Below, one piece after another: positions 9,315-19,849 of a stretch of DNA of 64,000 nucleotides. Each line of letters begins with the position of its first letter. Positions within the stretch are counted from its first letter, which is position 1. The stretch lies in the NCBI GenBank assembly GCA_001785865.1, contig MFUZ01000006.1, positions 45,674 to 109,673 on the forward strand, given 5' to 3'. This DNA comes from Candidatus Nomurabacteria bacterium RIFCSPLOWO2_01_FULL_41_18. GTDB lineage: Bacteria; Patescibacteriota; Minisyncoccia; Phycocordibacterales; UBA9973. The notes below the pieces were generated by a model. The model saw only the letters and a list, made by a program, of their open reading frames with translations, was not told the DNA's origin and made no database searches. Both the position numbers and the translations under genes were made by a program.

Positions 9315-10298
9315 ATGTCAGAATACAAAATAGTTATGCCTTCCAAGCCTCGTGTCGTGATGGAGGAAGAAAATAAAGGAGTATTCGAAATAGACGGTCT
9401 TTACCCGGGGTATGGCCATACTCTCGGTAATAGCCTGCGCAGAATAATCCTTTCTTCTCTGCCGGGCGCTAGTTTGACCTCTATCAAGATCGACGGCGTA
9501 AACCACGAATTTCAAACTCTTGAAGGGATCAAGGAAGACGTAATTGTTATGATTTTAAATTTGAAGAAGACTCGCTTTAAAATGTTGTCCGATGAACCAC
9601 AGACAGTCACTCTTTCCGTCAAAGGTCCGAAGGAAGTGACCGCGGGGGACATAAAGACAGGTGGACAAGTAGAAATCTTAAACCCAGAGCTCCATATCGC
9701 CGAAGTTACAGGCAAGATAAATTTAAATATTGAAATGAAAATCGAAAAAGGCCTTGGATTCATCTCCAAAGAAGTCTTTCAAAAAGAAAAAGTCGATGTC
9801 GGCACCATCGCTGTCGACGCTATCTTTACCCCGATTCGTCGAGTCTCCTATGAGGTTGAAAACATGCGTGTCGGAGACAAGACCAACCATAATCGTCTAC
9901 GAATCTCGATCGAAACCGATGGCACTCTCACTGCTCGTGAAGCTCTGTCCCGCTCGATTGAGATCATGATCAATCAGCTCAAAGCCATTATTGATTTCAA
10001 AGAGCCTGAAGAAGAAGTAAAGACCAAGAAAGTTGCCAAGGAAGATAGCAAGGCGGGGGAAGCTGAAGAGAGCGAAAAGAAAGGAGCTGATTTTGCAGAT
10101 GTGCTCAAAACCAGAACGGATAGCCTGGACCTCTCCACGAGGACTTTGAATGCGCTTACTTTTGCAAATATCCGCACATTGGGAGGACTCGCCCGAAAGA
10201 AGAGGGAAGACCTGCTCGAAGTCGAGGGTATCGGAGAGAAAGGAATCACTGAGATTAAAAAGGTGCTTGGCAAGTTTGGCTTGAACTTAAAAGAATAA
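9315..10298 (+). CDS. rpoA: RNA polymerase alpha subunit
   Basis: GYGHTLGNSLRRIILSSLPG; VDAIFTPIRRV; C-terminal domain LDLSTRTLNAL. Confidence 0.98.
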   Translation: MSEYKIVMPSKPRVVMEEENKGVFEIDGLYPGYGHTLGNSLRRIILSSLPGASLTSIKIDGVNHEFQTLEGIKEDVIVMILNLKKTRFKMLSDEPQTVTLSVKGPKEVTAGDIKTGGQVEILNPELHIAEVTGKINLNIEMKIEKGLGFISKEVFQKEKVDVGTIAVDAIFTPIRRVSYEVENMRVGDKTNHNRLRISIETDGTLTAREALSRSIEIMINQLKAIIDFKEPEEEVKTKKVAKEDSKAGEAEESEKKGADFADVLKTRTDSLDLSTRTLNALTFANIRTLGGLARKKREDLLEVEGIGEKGITEIKKVLGKFGLNLKE

Positions 10299-10301
10299 TA
10301 T

Positions 10302-10655
10302 ATGCGACACGGAAATAACAAAAGAAAATTTGGCAGAGTCAGAAAAGTTCGCAAGGCGCTCATGAATTCGCTCGCGCTCAATCTGATAGTGCGCGGCAAA
10401 ATCAAGACCACAGAGCCGAAGGCAAAAGAGTTGCGCCCTTTTATTGAAAAATTGGTAACCGGAGCCAAAAAAGGAGATACTGCTACTCGCAGATTGATAA
10501 TTTCTAAGCTCTCAAATAGGCGCCCAGAGGTTAAAAAGCTTTTTGAAGTTATAGCTCCGAAGTATAAGGGTAGAAGCGGGGGATATACGAGAGTTTTGAA
10601 GCTGGGTGCTAGGAAATCAGACGGCGCAAAAATGGCCATCATAGAATTTGTGTAA
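10302..10655 (+). CDS. rplQ: 50S ribosomal protein L17
   Basis: MRHG...KFGR; IKTTEPKAKELR; GGYTRVLK. Confidence 0.98.
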   Translation: MRHGNNKRKFGRVRKVRKALMNSLALNLIVRGKIKTTEPKAKELRPFIEKLVTGAKKGDTATRRLIISKLSNRRPEVKKLFEVIAPKYKGRSGGYTRVLKLGARKSDGAKMAIIEFV

Positions 10656-10683
10656 TTTCGGGAAATAAACTAGTATAAGAAAA

Positions 10684-11055
10684 ATGAAAACAAACGAAAA
10701 TAAAACCAAAAACATTAAGATCATAGATGCGGAGAACCGCACTTTAGGAAGAGTCGCCTCTGAGGTGGCGATGTCGCTTATGGGTAAGACCAAGGCAACG
10801 TTTGAAAGAAATACTTATTCCGGTATGCCTGTCGAAGTCATCAATGCTTCCAAACTGCGCATTACCCCGAAAAAGCTGGAGAGCATTTATCACACTAGGT
10901 ATTCAGGAATTCCCGGAGGTTTGCGTATCTTGAAGGGTACGGAAACAGCCGAGAAGAAAGGGCTATCAGAATTGATCAAGCTCGCCACATACCAGATGTT
11001 ACCTTCTAATAAATTACGAAGAGTGATGCTGAAACATTTAACGGTCAAGGAATAA
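10684..11055 (+). CDS. rplM: 50S ribosomal protein L13
   Basis: IDAENRTLGRVAS.VA..LMGK; YSGIPGGL; MLPSNKL. Confidence 0.95.
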   Translation: MKTNENKTKNIKIIDAENRTLGRVASEVAMSLMGKTKATFERNTYSGMPVEVINASKLRITPKKLESIYHTRYSGIPGGLRILKGTETAEKKGLSELIKLATYQMLPSNKLRRVMLKHLTVKE

Positions 11056-11062
11056 AATTTTT

Positions 11063-11488
11063 ATGGATAAAGAAACAACCACAAAATACATCGAAGCAGT
11101 AGGCAGAAGAAAGACTTCCGCTGCGAGGGTGCGCATTAGAGAGGCAAGCAAGGCCAGCTTTACCGTAAACGGCCGAGATGCAAAAGAATATTTTAAAACA
11201 GAAGGTGAACGTCGTTTGATTTTAGATCCAATGATAAAGGGACAAAAGACAGGAGAAGGGAAGGTGGCTCTCAAATGGAATGTGGAAGTGCATGTGAAGG
11301 GCGGAGGAATACATTCCCAATCCGAAGCCATCCGCCATGGGCTCTCTCGTGCGCTCGCAGAATTTAATCCGGAAAATCGCGGAGAACTTAAAACTTTAGG
11401 ATTTTTGAAACGTGACCCTCGCGCCAAAGAGCGCCGAAAATTCGGTCTCAAAAAAGCTCGCAAGGCACCACAATGGTCCAAACGTTAG
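11063..11488 (+). CDS. rpsI: 30S ribosomal protein S9
   Basis: GRRKTSAARV; VKGGG..SQ..AIRHG; RDPR.KERRKFGLKKARKAPQWSKR. Confidence 0.98.
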   Translation: MDKETTTKYIEAVGRRKTSAARVRIREASKASFTVNGRDAKEYFKTEGERRLILDPMIKGQKTGEGKVALKWNVEVHVKGGGIHSQSEAIRHGLSRALAEFNPENRGELKTLGFLKRDPRAKERRKFGLKKARKAPQWSKR

Positions 11489-11491
11489 TTC

Positions 11492-11521
11492 AAAAAATCC
11501 CCTTTTCAAAGGGGATTTTTT
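11492..11521 (+). terminator. Intrinsic terminator after rpsI
   Basis: aaaaaatcccctt-ttca-aaggggatttttt hairpin with U-tract. Confidence 0.85.
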
Positions 11522-11537
11522 ATGTTAAATTACTAGC

Positions 11538-12194
11538 ATGAATGACGATAAAACATCCGCCGACCCTGAAAAAGAAGAAACTGAACCCCTAGAGGCTACT
11601 GGGGTCATCAGCTCTGAGGAAGCTCAGGCTCGAAGAGGTGATTCTGCTGAATCAGATACTTCTGAAGTTTTAGAATTTGAGTTCAATGAAGATGGGGAAG
11701 AGGACTTGAAGAAAACTTTGAAGAAATTCAGAGCGGACTTAAAGAAATGTAAAGCTGAAAAAGAGGAATATCTGACCGGCTGGCAGAAGGAGCGAGCAGA
11801 ATTTGCGAATTATAGAAAAGGGGAAGACGACCGCAAGGCCATGCTCTCCGAATCCATGCGCGAGCGGATATTGAATCGTTTTCTCTCGGTGATGGATAGT
11901 TTCAATATGGCTTTCGCCCACAAAGAATCATGGGACAAGGTGGATGAAAATTGGAGAAAAGGAGTGGAGTATATTTACGGACAGATGAATACTATCTTTG
12001 AAGAATACGGTGTAAAAGCGATCGGAGTCGAGGGAGAAATTTTTGATCCGAATATTCATCAGTCCATGGAGCTAGTGGCGACAGACAAAAAAGAGCTTGA
12101 TCATACAATCGCCACTGTGATCCAGAAAGGTTATAAGCTCGGGCCACGAATAATGCGGGCGGCGCGGGTAAATGTGTATGAGTATAAGGAATAA
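11538..12194 (+). CDS. grpE: Nucleotide exchange factor GrpE
   Basis: ERAEFANYRK; GEIFDPNIHQS; VIQKGYKLG.RIMRAARV. Confidence 0.95.
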   Translation: MNDDKTSADPEKEETEPLEATGVISSEEAQARRGDSAESDTSEVLEFEFNEDGEEDLKKTLKKFRADLKKCKAEKEEYLTGWQKERAEFANYRKGEDDRKAMLSESMRERILNRFLSVMDSFNMAFAHKESWDKVDENWRKGVEYIYGQMNTIFEEYGVKAIGVEGEIFDPNIHQSMELVATDKKELDHTIATVIQKGYKLGPRIMRAARVNVYEYKE

Positions 12195-12225
12195 AATCTA
12201 TTCTAATATTCTATAGAATTATAGA

Positions 12226-13881
12226 ATGAAAAATGAAAGACAAATTTGTGAACATTGTAAGCAAAACTTCGAAATATCGGAGGAGGAATTAAATTTATAT
12301 AAAAAAGTGGGAATTGAATTACCCACGTTGTGTTTTTTTTGCAGAATAAAATTGCACTTATCTTTTTGGATGTTTGGAAAATTTCGCAAAGGGAAGTCTG
12401 ATCTTTCTGGGGAAAGCTTGATCACTGTTTTACCCGCAAGCACTAGGTATCCTATTTATACTCTTACTGAATGGCACAGCGATAAATGGGATGCTATGGG
12501 TTACGGGGTAGATTATGATCCTAATGTTCCATTTTTCAAACAGTTGCAAGAACTACAAGAAAAAGTTCCTCACCCACACCAAAATGGCACCAAAAATACA
12601 AAATGCGATTGGTGTGATGATGTTTGGAATTCTAAAAATTGCTATCTGTCTCGTTCAATGGAAGAATGTGAGGATTTGTTTTATTCATATAGAAATGTAA
12701 AGGTAAAAAATTCCATCGATGCGACCATTTGTTTCAATTGCGAGAAGTGTTATGACTGTGGAGATTGTCACAATTCTTACAAGCTTTTTTACTCAAGACA
12801 TTCTAGAGATTGTATAGAATCAAGCTTTTTATACGATTGTAGGAATTGTCAGAACTGTTTTATGAGTTGGAATCTTCGCAATAAGTCCTATTGTATAGAA
12901 AATGTTCAATATACCAAAGAAGCCTATCAAGAAAAACTAAAATCTTTTCAACTAAATTCATATAAATCTTTACAAACTTTCAAAAAACGTTTTGAGGAAT
13001 TAGCACAAAAAGAAGCAGTTCATAGAGAAAATTTCAATTTTAAGGCACATAATTCTAACGGAAATTATTTATCAGATGTAAAAAATTGCCACAATTGCAA
13101 TACAATAAATGATTCTGAGGACAGTTATAATTGTATTAGGGGAATGAAACATAAATCAAACATAGATGCCAATGGTTGTTGGTATGTCGAATTGATAGGA
13201 AATTGTGCCAATTGTGTAAATTCTTATGCGCTCAAATACAGTAATTGGTCTTCTTCGCGGTATTCGGAATATTTAGATGTATGCATTGAGTGTGATTATT
13301 GTTTTGGTTGTGTTGGGCTTAAGAAAAAGAAATACTGTATTTTAAATAAACAATACACAAAAGAAGAATATGAGGTCTTGAAAGATAAAATTATTGAAGA
13401 TATGAAAAAAAGAGGGGAATATGGAAAATTCTTGCCATATTCTATGAGTGCTGGACCTTTTAATTTTTCAAACGGATTTTTCTACTTTCCAGAAACTAAA
13501 AAGGAAGGCGTTTTAAAATTAGGGGGTTATTGGGAAGATGTCGATGAAAGTCATATAGAAGGAATGCAGACAAATGAATTACCAGACTCTATAAAAGATG
13601 TTCCTGACACCATCATTACTCAAGCACTCATCTGTCCAGAGACTGGTTGGCGTTTCAATATAGCTCAGAATGAACTTTCTTTTTACAAAGCAAACAATAT
13701 TCCACCGCCCAGATATCATTTTGATGTCAGGACCAAAAATCAGTTAAAATATTTAACTGTTCTTCAATCTTACCCATATAAATGTTTTTACTGTAAAAAA
13801 GATATAATGGCTTATTATCCGAGCGAATGGGGATATGAGAAAATAGCATGCGAAGAGTGTTATAAACAAAATATAGCTTGA
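12226..13881 (+). CDS. Cys-rich multi-zinc-ribbon protein, paralog 1
   Basis: N-terminal CEHC..F.I...E...Y.K....P..C..CR; central Cys-rich repeats; C-terminal CxxC-x18-CxxC. Confidence 0.85.
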   Translation: MKNERQICEHCKQNFEISEEELNLYKKVGIELPTLCFFCRIKLHLSFWMFGKFRKGKSDLSGESLITVLPASTRYPIYTLTEWHSDKWDAMGYGVDYDPNVPFFKQLQELQEKVPHPHQNGTKNTKCDWCDDVWNSKNCYLSRSMEECEDLFYSYRNVKVKNSIDATICFNCEKCYDCGDCHNSYKLFYSRHSRDCIESSFLYDCRNCQNCFMSWNLRNKSYCIENVQYTKEAYQEKLKSFQLNSYKSLQTFKKRFEELAQKEAVHRENFNFKAHNSNGNYLSDVKNCHNCNTINDSEDSYNCIRGMKHKSNIDANGCWYVELIGNCANCVNSYALKYSNWSSSRYSEYLDVCIECDYCFGCVGLKKKKYCILNKQYTKEEYEVLKDKIIEDMKKRGEYGKFLPYSMSAGPFNFSNGFFYFPETKKEGVLKLGGYWEDVDESHIEGMQTNELPDSIKDVPDTIITQALICPETGWRFNIAQNELSFYKANNIPPPRYHFDVRTKNQLKYLTVLQSYPYKCFYCKKDIMAYYPSEWGYEKIACEECYKQNIA

Positions 13882-13924
13882 TACACATTTCAGCCATGGC
13901 GTAAATGTGTAAATTAAAAAAAAT

Positions 13925-15655
13925 ATGGAAACAAAAAGTGAAAATAGAATATGCAAAAACTGCAAAAAAGATTTTACGATAGAATCTGAGGATTTTAATT
14001 TTTACGAAAAGATAAAAGTTACACCGCCTACGTGGTGTGTAGATTGTAGGCAGCAAAGGAGATATGCTTGGAGAAATGAGCGAACTTTATATAGGAGAAA
14101 TTGTGATCTTTGCGGTAAAAGTACTGTGACTATTTATTCCTCCAATAAACATTACAAAGTTTATTGTAATGAGTGCTGGTGGGGAGATGGCTGGGATCCT
14201 GCCTCGTACGGTCGGGATTTTGATTTTACCAGGCCGTTCTTCGAGCAATTTGCAGAATTACAGCGCGATGTCCCGCGCATGGCACTTTTGAATAAAAGAA
14301 GTGTTAATTCCGAATATACAAACCATTCGGGGGATACTAAAAATTGCTATCTTTCTTTTGTGGCTTGGGAAAGTGAAAATATAATGTATAGCAATTGGGT
14401 TCAAAAATCGCGCGACTGCATGGATTGTGCTTATGTTCGAGAAAAGGGGGAACGTCTCTATGAAACTATTGATTCTAGAACCTCCTATCAATGTCAATAC
14501 AGTACCTTCTTAAAAGATTGTTCAAATTGCTATTATTGTTACGATTGTCGTGGATGCAATAATTGTTTTATGTCTTCAAATTTGCGTAATAAAAGCTATG
14601 TATTTAAAAATAAACAATATACTCGGGAAGAATATTTAGAAAAAATGAAAGAATACGAAATGTCTTCTTTTGTTGTTCGTGAAGGATTAAAAAAAGAATT
14701 TACAGACTTGCTAAAACAAGATAGTATTCATCGCTATGTTTTTAGTGAAAGAAGTATAAATTCTAATGGTTCTCTACTCTTTGATTGTAAAAAAGTTGCA
14801 AAGTCTTTTGAAGTTGATAAAAGTGAAGATTGTAAATATATTTACGGAGCTACTGAAATCAAAGATTCCATGGATGTATATCACATAGGTTTAAATACAA
14901 CTGAGCTTTGTTATGAACTTCAAGGGTGTACAAGGACGTCAAACTGCCAATTTTGCCACCTTTGTTATGACAACATGAATGTGATGTATTCTGACACTTG
15001 TCAAAATAGCCAGAATCTTTTTGGATGTGTCTCGGTGAAAAAGGGAGACTATATGATTTTTAACAAAAAATATAGTAAAACAGATTATGAAATATTAAAA
15101 AATAAGATTATTGAACATATGAAGAAAACAGGGGAGTATGGAGAATTTTTCCCTCCACAAATTGCGCCAGTTTATTATAATGAAACGCAGGGCAATCTAT
15201 ATATGCCGATGACGAAGGAAGAAGTGCTGGCAAAAGGCTGGCAATGGGAGGATAATATTCCCGGAACTTTTGGCAAGGAAACGATATCCAGTGGCTCTAT
15301 GCCAGATAAAATAGAAGACGTACCAGATAATTATTTAAATGAAATTTTTTCTTGTATGGAATGTTCCAAGAATTATAATATCACCAAAAATGAGCTTCTT
15401 TTCTATCGAAAGGAAAATTTACCGTTTCCAAGGCGATGCCCGAATTGCCGTTACAAGCGGAGGTTTGACATGCGTCCCGCCAGAAGATTATGGCATCGGA
15501 CTTGTATGTGTAGTCAAAATCATATTGGCCACAGTGGGTCCCCTCGCCTAGAAACAGGCGGGGCAAGTTGCCAAGTCGAATTTGAGACGTGCTACGCGCC
15601 CGAAAGACCAGAAAAAGTTTATTGTGAAAGCTGTTACAATAAGGAAGTATATTAG
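13925..15655 (+). CDS. Cys-rich multi-zinc-ribbon protein, paralog 2
   Basis: Same architecture; CDLC-x17-CNEC; ends CYNKEVY. Confidence 0.85.
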   Translation: METKSENRICKNCKKDFTIESEDFNFYEKIKVTPPTWCVDCRQQRRYAWRNERTLYRRNCDLCGKSTVTIYSSNKHYKVYCNECWWGDGWDPASYGRDFDFTRPFFEQFAELQRDVPRMALLNKRSVNSEYTNHSGDTKNCYLSFVAWESENIMYSNWVQKSRDCMDCAYVREKGERLYETIDSRTSYQCQYSTFLKDCSNCYYCYDCRGCNNCFMSSNLRNKSYVFKNKQYTREEYLEKMKEYEMSSFVVREGLKKEFTDLLKQDSIHRYVFSERSINSNGSLLFDCKKVAKSFEVDKSEDCKYIYGATEIKDSMDVYHIGLNTTELCYELQGCTRTSNCQFCHLCYDNMNVMYSDTCQNSQNLFGCVSVKKGDYMIFNKKYSKTDYEILKNKIIEHMKKTGEYGEFFPPQIAPVYYNETQGNLYMPMTKEEVLAKGWQWEDNIPGTFGKETISSGSMPDKIEDVPDNYLNEIFSCMECSKNYNITKNELLFYRKENLPFPRRCPNCRYKRRFDMRPARRLWHRTCMCSQNHIGHSGSPRLETGGASCQVEFETCYAPERPEKVYCESCYNKEVY

Positions 15656-15697
15656 AAATACTTATAACTCTGCTATCGCAGAAACATAAGTAAAATT

Positions 15698-17410
15698 ATG
15701 GAGTATAAAAACGCAAACAAAATATGTCAAAGTTGTCAGAAAAATTTTACGATAGAACCTGATGATTTTGGGTTTTACAAAAAGATAAAAGTCCCTCCGC
15801 CGACTTTTTGCCCGGAGTGTAGAAGAATGCGACGTTTTGCTCTCACAAATGAAACTGTGCTTTATAAGCGTAAATGTGATTTAACAAGGAAAGACATTTT
15901 TAGCATGTATCCTGAAAATACATTATTCCCAGTTTATGAGACAGATGCTTGGTATTCGGACGAGTGGGATCCGTATGAATACGGAATGGATTTTAATGAA
16001 AATAAACCGTTTCTCGAACAGATCCTAGAGCTCCAAAGTAAAGTACCTAGAATGTCGCTTGTGCGACAAGGTATGGCAGTAAATAGTCCTTATAATCATA
16101 GAGTCTCTGATCCAAAGAATTCTTATATGACTTTCCGGGCTTCTTATCCAGAAGATTGCTTATATTTGTATAATGGTAAATATACAAAAGACTGTGTTGA
16201 CTGTGCTTGGATCTTTGATTCTGAGCTTTGTTATGAATGTGTGAATGTTGAAAATTGTTATAATGTTAAATTTAGCCAAGAAAGTAAAGATTGTCGAGAT
16301 TCGTATTTCATTTATGCATGTAAAAATTGTTCAAATTGTGTTGGTTGTGTCAACCTTGTTAGTCAAGAATATTGTATTTGGAATCAGCGTTATTCTAGAG
16401 AGGAATATTTTAAAAAATTGGAAGAACTTAAATTAAATACTAGCTCAGGGATCAAAGAAATAGAAAAAAAATTACAAGAATTTAGGAAAAAACTTCCTCA
16501 ACGATACATGAGAACTGGAAAATCTGAGAATGTATCTGGAAATTGGTTTTCTAGTTGCAAAAATGTCCATGAGTCTTTTGATTGTGTTGACGTAAAAGAT
16601 GGCAAGCATTTATTTATGGTTTTTGGAGCTGAAGATTGCATGGATTATTACGAATGGGGTAATAAGGCTGAGCAGATTTATGAATCAGTGAATTGTGGGC
16701 TCAATATCACTCGGCTTTATTTTTGCAATCAATGCTGGATGGGGGCGACGGATTTGTATTACTGCAATACTTGCCCTGGAGCACGGAATTGTTTTGGCTG
16801 TGTTGGTCTTAAAAAGGGGGAGTACTCAATTTTAAATAAAAAGTATAGTAAACAGGAATATGAGACATTAAAAGAAAAAATAATTAAACAAATGAAAGAG
16901 GTGCCTTTCATAGACAAGCGTGGTTTGAAATATTATTTCGGAGAGGGTTTTCCGGAAATGTTTTCCGATTTTGCTTACAATGAGACTATTGCTAACTATC
17001 ATTTTCCATTATCTAAAGAAGAAGCTTTGTCGCGGAGATATACATGGAGAGATGTAGACAAAAAAGATTATAAAATAACCATAAAATCAAAAGATTTATC
17101 CGAGACTATTAAAGAAGTGGATGATTCTGTATTGAATGAGATTATAGAGTGTGAGGATAAAAAAAATACAGAATCCGTAGGGGCTTTTCGAATTACACAA
17201 AATGAATTAAATTTTTATAAGAAAATGAATTTACCTCTACCTAAAGCTTGTTTTAATATTCGTCATTTACGCCGGATGAACAAACGTCCACCTCTACGGA
17301 TGCTTAAAAGGAATTGTTCCAAATGCGAGATAGAGACTGAAACAGTCTATGACGAAAATTATGCACCGATAATTTATTGTGAACAATGCTATCAGCAAGA
17401 AGTTTACTAG
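15698..17410 (+). CDS. Cys-rich multi-zinc-ribbon protein, paralog 3
   Basis: Same architecture; CSKC-x17-CEQC; ends CYQQEVY. Confidence 0.85.
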   Translation: MEYKNANKICQSCQKNFTIEPDDFGFYKKIKVPPPTFCPECRRMRRFALTNETVLYKRKCDLTRKDIFSMYPENTLFPVYETDAWYSDEWDPYEYGMDFNENKPFLEQILELQSKVPRMSLVRQGMAVNSPYNHRVSDPKNSYMTFRASYPEDCLYLYNGKYTKDCVDCAWIFDSELCYECVNVENCYNVKFSQESKDCRDSYFIYACKNCSNCVGCVNLVSQEYCIWNQRYSREEYFKKLEELKLNTSSGIKEIEKKLQEFRKKLPQRYMRTGKSENVSGNWFSSCKNVHESFDCVDVKDGKHLFMVFGAEDCMDYYEWGNKAEQIYESVNCGLNITRLYFCNQCWMGATDLYYCNTCPGARNCFGCVGLKKGEYSILNKKYSKQEYETLKEKIIKQMKEVPFIDKRGLKYYFGEGFPEMFSDFAYNETIANYHFPLSKEEALSRRYTWRDVDKKDYKITIKSKDLSETIKEVDDSVLNEIIECEDKKNTESVGAFRITQNELNFYKKMNLPLPKACFNIRHLRRMNKRPPLRMLKRNCSKCEIETETVYDENYAPIIYCEQCYQQEVY

Positions 17411-17447
17411 TATCTCTAATTCGCGCGAATAGGCGAATAGTTTAAAC

Positions 17448-19190
17448 ATGAATCAAGAAACCAGAAATTGTCAAAACTGCAAAAAAGATTTCACGATAGA
17501 GCCAGATGATTTTGGATTTTACACAAAGATCAAAGTCCCTCCGCCCACTTTTTGTCCTGAGTGCCGGAAAATTCGGCGGCTAGTGTGGCGCAACGAACGG
17601 GCATTGTATCGAAACAAATGTGATCTTTGTAAAAAAAATATTATTGCAATGTACAATGAGTCTGTACCTTTTCCTGTGTATTGTCACGCCTGCTGGTTAG
17701 GGGATGGATGGGATCCGCTTTCCTTCGGGCAGGATTATGATTTTTCACGTACATTTTTTGAACAATACAAGAAATTTTCCAAAATTGTGCCGAGAATAGC
17801 TCTTTGGCAGAGAAATTCTATAAATTCGGATTATTCGAATATGGTAGGTGAGTCCAGGAATGTTTACTTGTCTGTTTCCGTAGTGAAAGGATCTGAAAAT
17901 GTTTTTTATTCAAAATCTACAGATAAGTCTAAGGACATAATAGATTCTCTGAATATTATTGGGTCTGAAAATTTATATGAAAACATCGAAGGGCAAAGCA
18001 ATTATAATTCTCAATATCTTTTGCTTTGTCGGAGCTGTATAGATTCTTATTATCTGATCGATTGCGTAAACTGCAGCAATTGTGTCTTATCGAATAATTT
18101 ACGCAATAAACAGTTCTGTATTCGCAACGAGCAGTATACCAAAGAGGAATATCAAAAAAAGATTGATAAATTAAACTTAAAAAGCAGAGCTTCACGCGAG
18201 AAGCTCTGGAGAGAATTTGAAGAGGTGAGGGGCCACGCTATTTATCGTTTTGCCAATTTTACTAAATGTGTAAATGTTACAGGGAATAATCTTTTAAATG
18301 CAAAAAATTGCCAAAATTGTTTTGATGCTTATAACACAGAGAATATAAAATATGGCTACAGGGCGTTTGATTTAAAGGATTGCATGGATCTGGATTATGC
18401 AGCGTGGTCGGAGTTGCTATATGAATATACAACGGGCTCTTTGAATGACTATGATGTTAAGTTTTCTTACTCCGCAATGGATTCGGTGAGAAATGCTGAC
18501 TATACGGAGTTTTGTCGCAACTGCGTCAATATTTTCGGTTGTATTTCTCTCAACAATAAAGAAAATGCGATTTTTAATAAAGTTTATTCCAAAGAAGAAT
18601 TTGAAAAACTGCGCAACGAAATTATCAAGCAAATGAATGATTTACCATATAAAGACAAAGGAGGGAGGATTTATAGGTATGGTGAATTTTTTCCGATTGA
18701 GCTTTCTCCTTGGGCTTATAATGAAACTACAGCGCAGGAAGTCGCTCCTATTACCAAAGATTTTGCGGAAAGGAATGGATTTCCTTGGCGAGAACCGGAA
18801 GTTAAAAATTTTAATATTACGATTCCCGCAGAAAAAATTCCAGACAATATAGAAAAAGTAAATGAGAGTATTTTACAAGAAGTTCTGGAATGTGCTCATA
18901 AAGGAAAATGTGACCAACAATGCAACACAGTGTTTCGTTTGACTGATTATGAACTGAAGTTTTACAAACAACACAAGATTCCGTTGCCGATTCTTTGTCC
19001 GAATTGCCGTTATTATGAAAGAATCAAAATTATACCAGCATTTAAATTATTCGACAGGAGATGTATGTGTGATAAATATAACCATTTTCATGGAGCAGAG
19101 AAATGCACTTTAGAATTTGAAACTCCCTACGCGTCAAACCGGCCGGAAATAGTCTATTGCGAAAAATGTTATCAGCAGGAGGTGTATTAG
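17448..19190 (+). CDS. Cys-rich multi-zinc-ribbon protein, paralog 4
   Basis: Same architecture; CDLC-x17-CHAC; ends CYQQEVY. Confidence 0.85.
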   Translation: MNQETRNCQNCKKDFTIEPDDFGFYTKIKVPPPTFCPECRKIRRLVWRNERALYRNKCDLCKKNIIAMYNESVPFPVYCHACWLGDGWDPLSFGQDYDFSRTFFEQYKKFSKIVPRIALWQRNSINSDYSNMVGESRNVYLSVSVVKGSENVFYSKSTDKSKDIIDSLNIIGSENLYENIEGQSNYNSQYLLLCRSCIDSYYLIDCVNCSNCVLSNNLRNKQFCIRNEQYTKEEYQKKIDKLNLKSRASREKLWREFEEVRGHAIYRFANFTKCVNVTGNNLLNAKNCQNCFDAYNTENIKYGYRAFDLKDCMDLDYAAWSELLYEYTTGSLNDYDVKFSYSAMDSVRNADYTEFCRNCVNIFGCISLNNKENAIFNKVYSKEEFEKLRNEIIKQMNDLPYKDKGGRIYRYGEFFPIELSPWAYNETTAQEVAPITKDFAERNGFPWREPEVKNFNITIPAEKIPDNIEKVNESILQEVLECAHKGKCDQQCNTVFRLTDYELKFYKQHKIPLPILCPNCRYYERIKIIPAFKLFDRRCMCDKYNHFHGAEKCTLEFETPYASNRPEIVYCEKCYQQEVY

Positions 19191-19206
19191 GGATAAAATA
19201 ACTTAG

Positions 19207-19240
19207 TAACGTAATAGCAACGGCCGTTGCTATTACGTTA
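19207..19240. repeat. Perfect 34-bp palindrome between convergent genes
   Basis: taacgtaatagcaacgg|ccgttgctattacgtta. Confidence 0.95.
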
Positions 19241-19255
19241 TCTTGTTTTTTTACT

Positions 19256-19762
19256 TTACTCCCCAAAAGTTTCAAATAGAAATTTTTTGGTTTCATCATC
19301 TACAAATTCTGTGACTATTATCATCATCTCGGTTGTTAGTCCCAGATCCTTTTTTATGTTCGTAAAGAGATGTTCAAATGGGAAAGGGGATATCCATGCA
19401 GAATTTTTGAGGCAAACAAAGCCAGCTTTTTTCAAAAGATAACGCAAGCTCTCGCGTTCAGGTTTTCTCTCTTCCGGCAGGTCAAGGAGGATTATCCGCC
19501 AAAACCCATCCCAATTGGTATTCACTAGGTTTGTCTCGCCGTCCAGCATCAAGCTATTCAATTTGTTTTTCCCTTTCACTGTGATTTTGGCGTAGCTTTG
19601 TCTTTCAGATCTATAAATTTCAGCGCAGTTTTCTTTTACTAGGTTTTTTAGGGAACGCGAAAGAGCATAAGCGGTTTTTGCGTCCCCTTCTTTCAGATTG
19701 TATAGAGAAACTGCCGGACTTTCGGCTAGTTTTTTGAGTATTTTCTTTGAATTGCTTGACAT
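19256..19762 (-). CDS. PaaX-like transcriptional regulator (winged HTH plus Cas2-like ferredoxin fold)
   Basis: ITVKG in the wing; WDGFWRIILLDLPEERKPERESLRYLLKKAGF..L..SAWISPF. No CRISPR array nearby. Confidence 0.8.
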   Translation of the reverse strand: MSSNSKKILKKLAESPAVSLYNLKEGDAKTAYALSRSLKNLVKENCAEIYRSERQSYAKITVKGKNKLNSLMLDGETNLVNTNWDGFWRIILLDLPEERKPERESLRYLLKKAGFVCLKNSAWISPFPFEHLFTNIKKDLGLTTEMMIIVTEFVDDETKKFLFETFGE

Positions 19763-19849
19763 AGATACATCCTATCATATATACTCTCTTTATACAAGTA
19801 TTTAGTGGTCGCGAAAAAATAGTAAATTATTAAAATAACCAATAAAAAT

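Noticed and set aside
19256..19762. Cas2-like fold suggesting a CRISPR-Cas locus
   Set aside because: No cas1, no array; the N-terminal wHTH and WDG.W motif fit the PaaX-like family.
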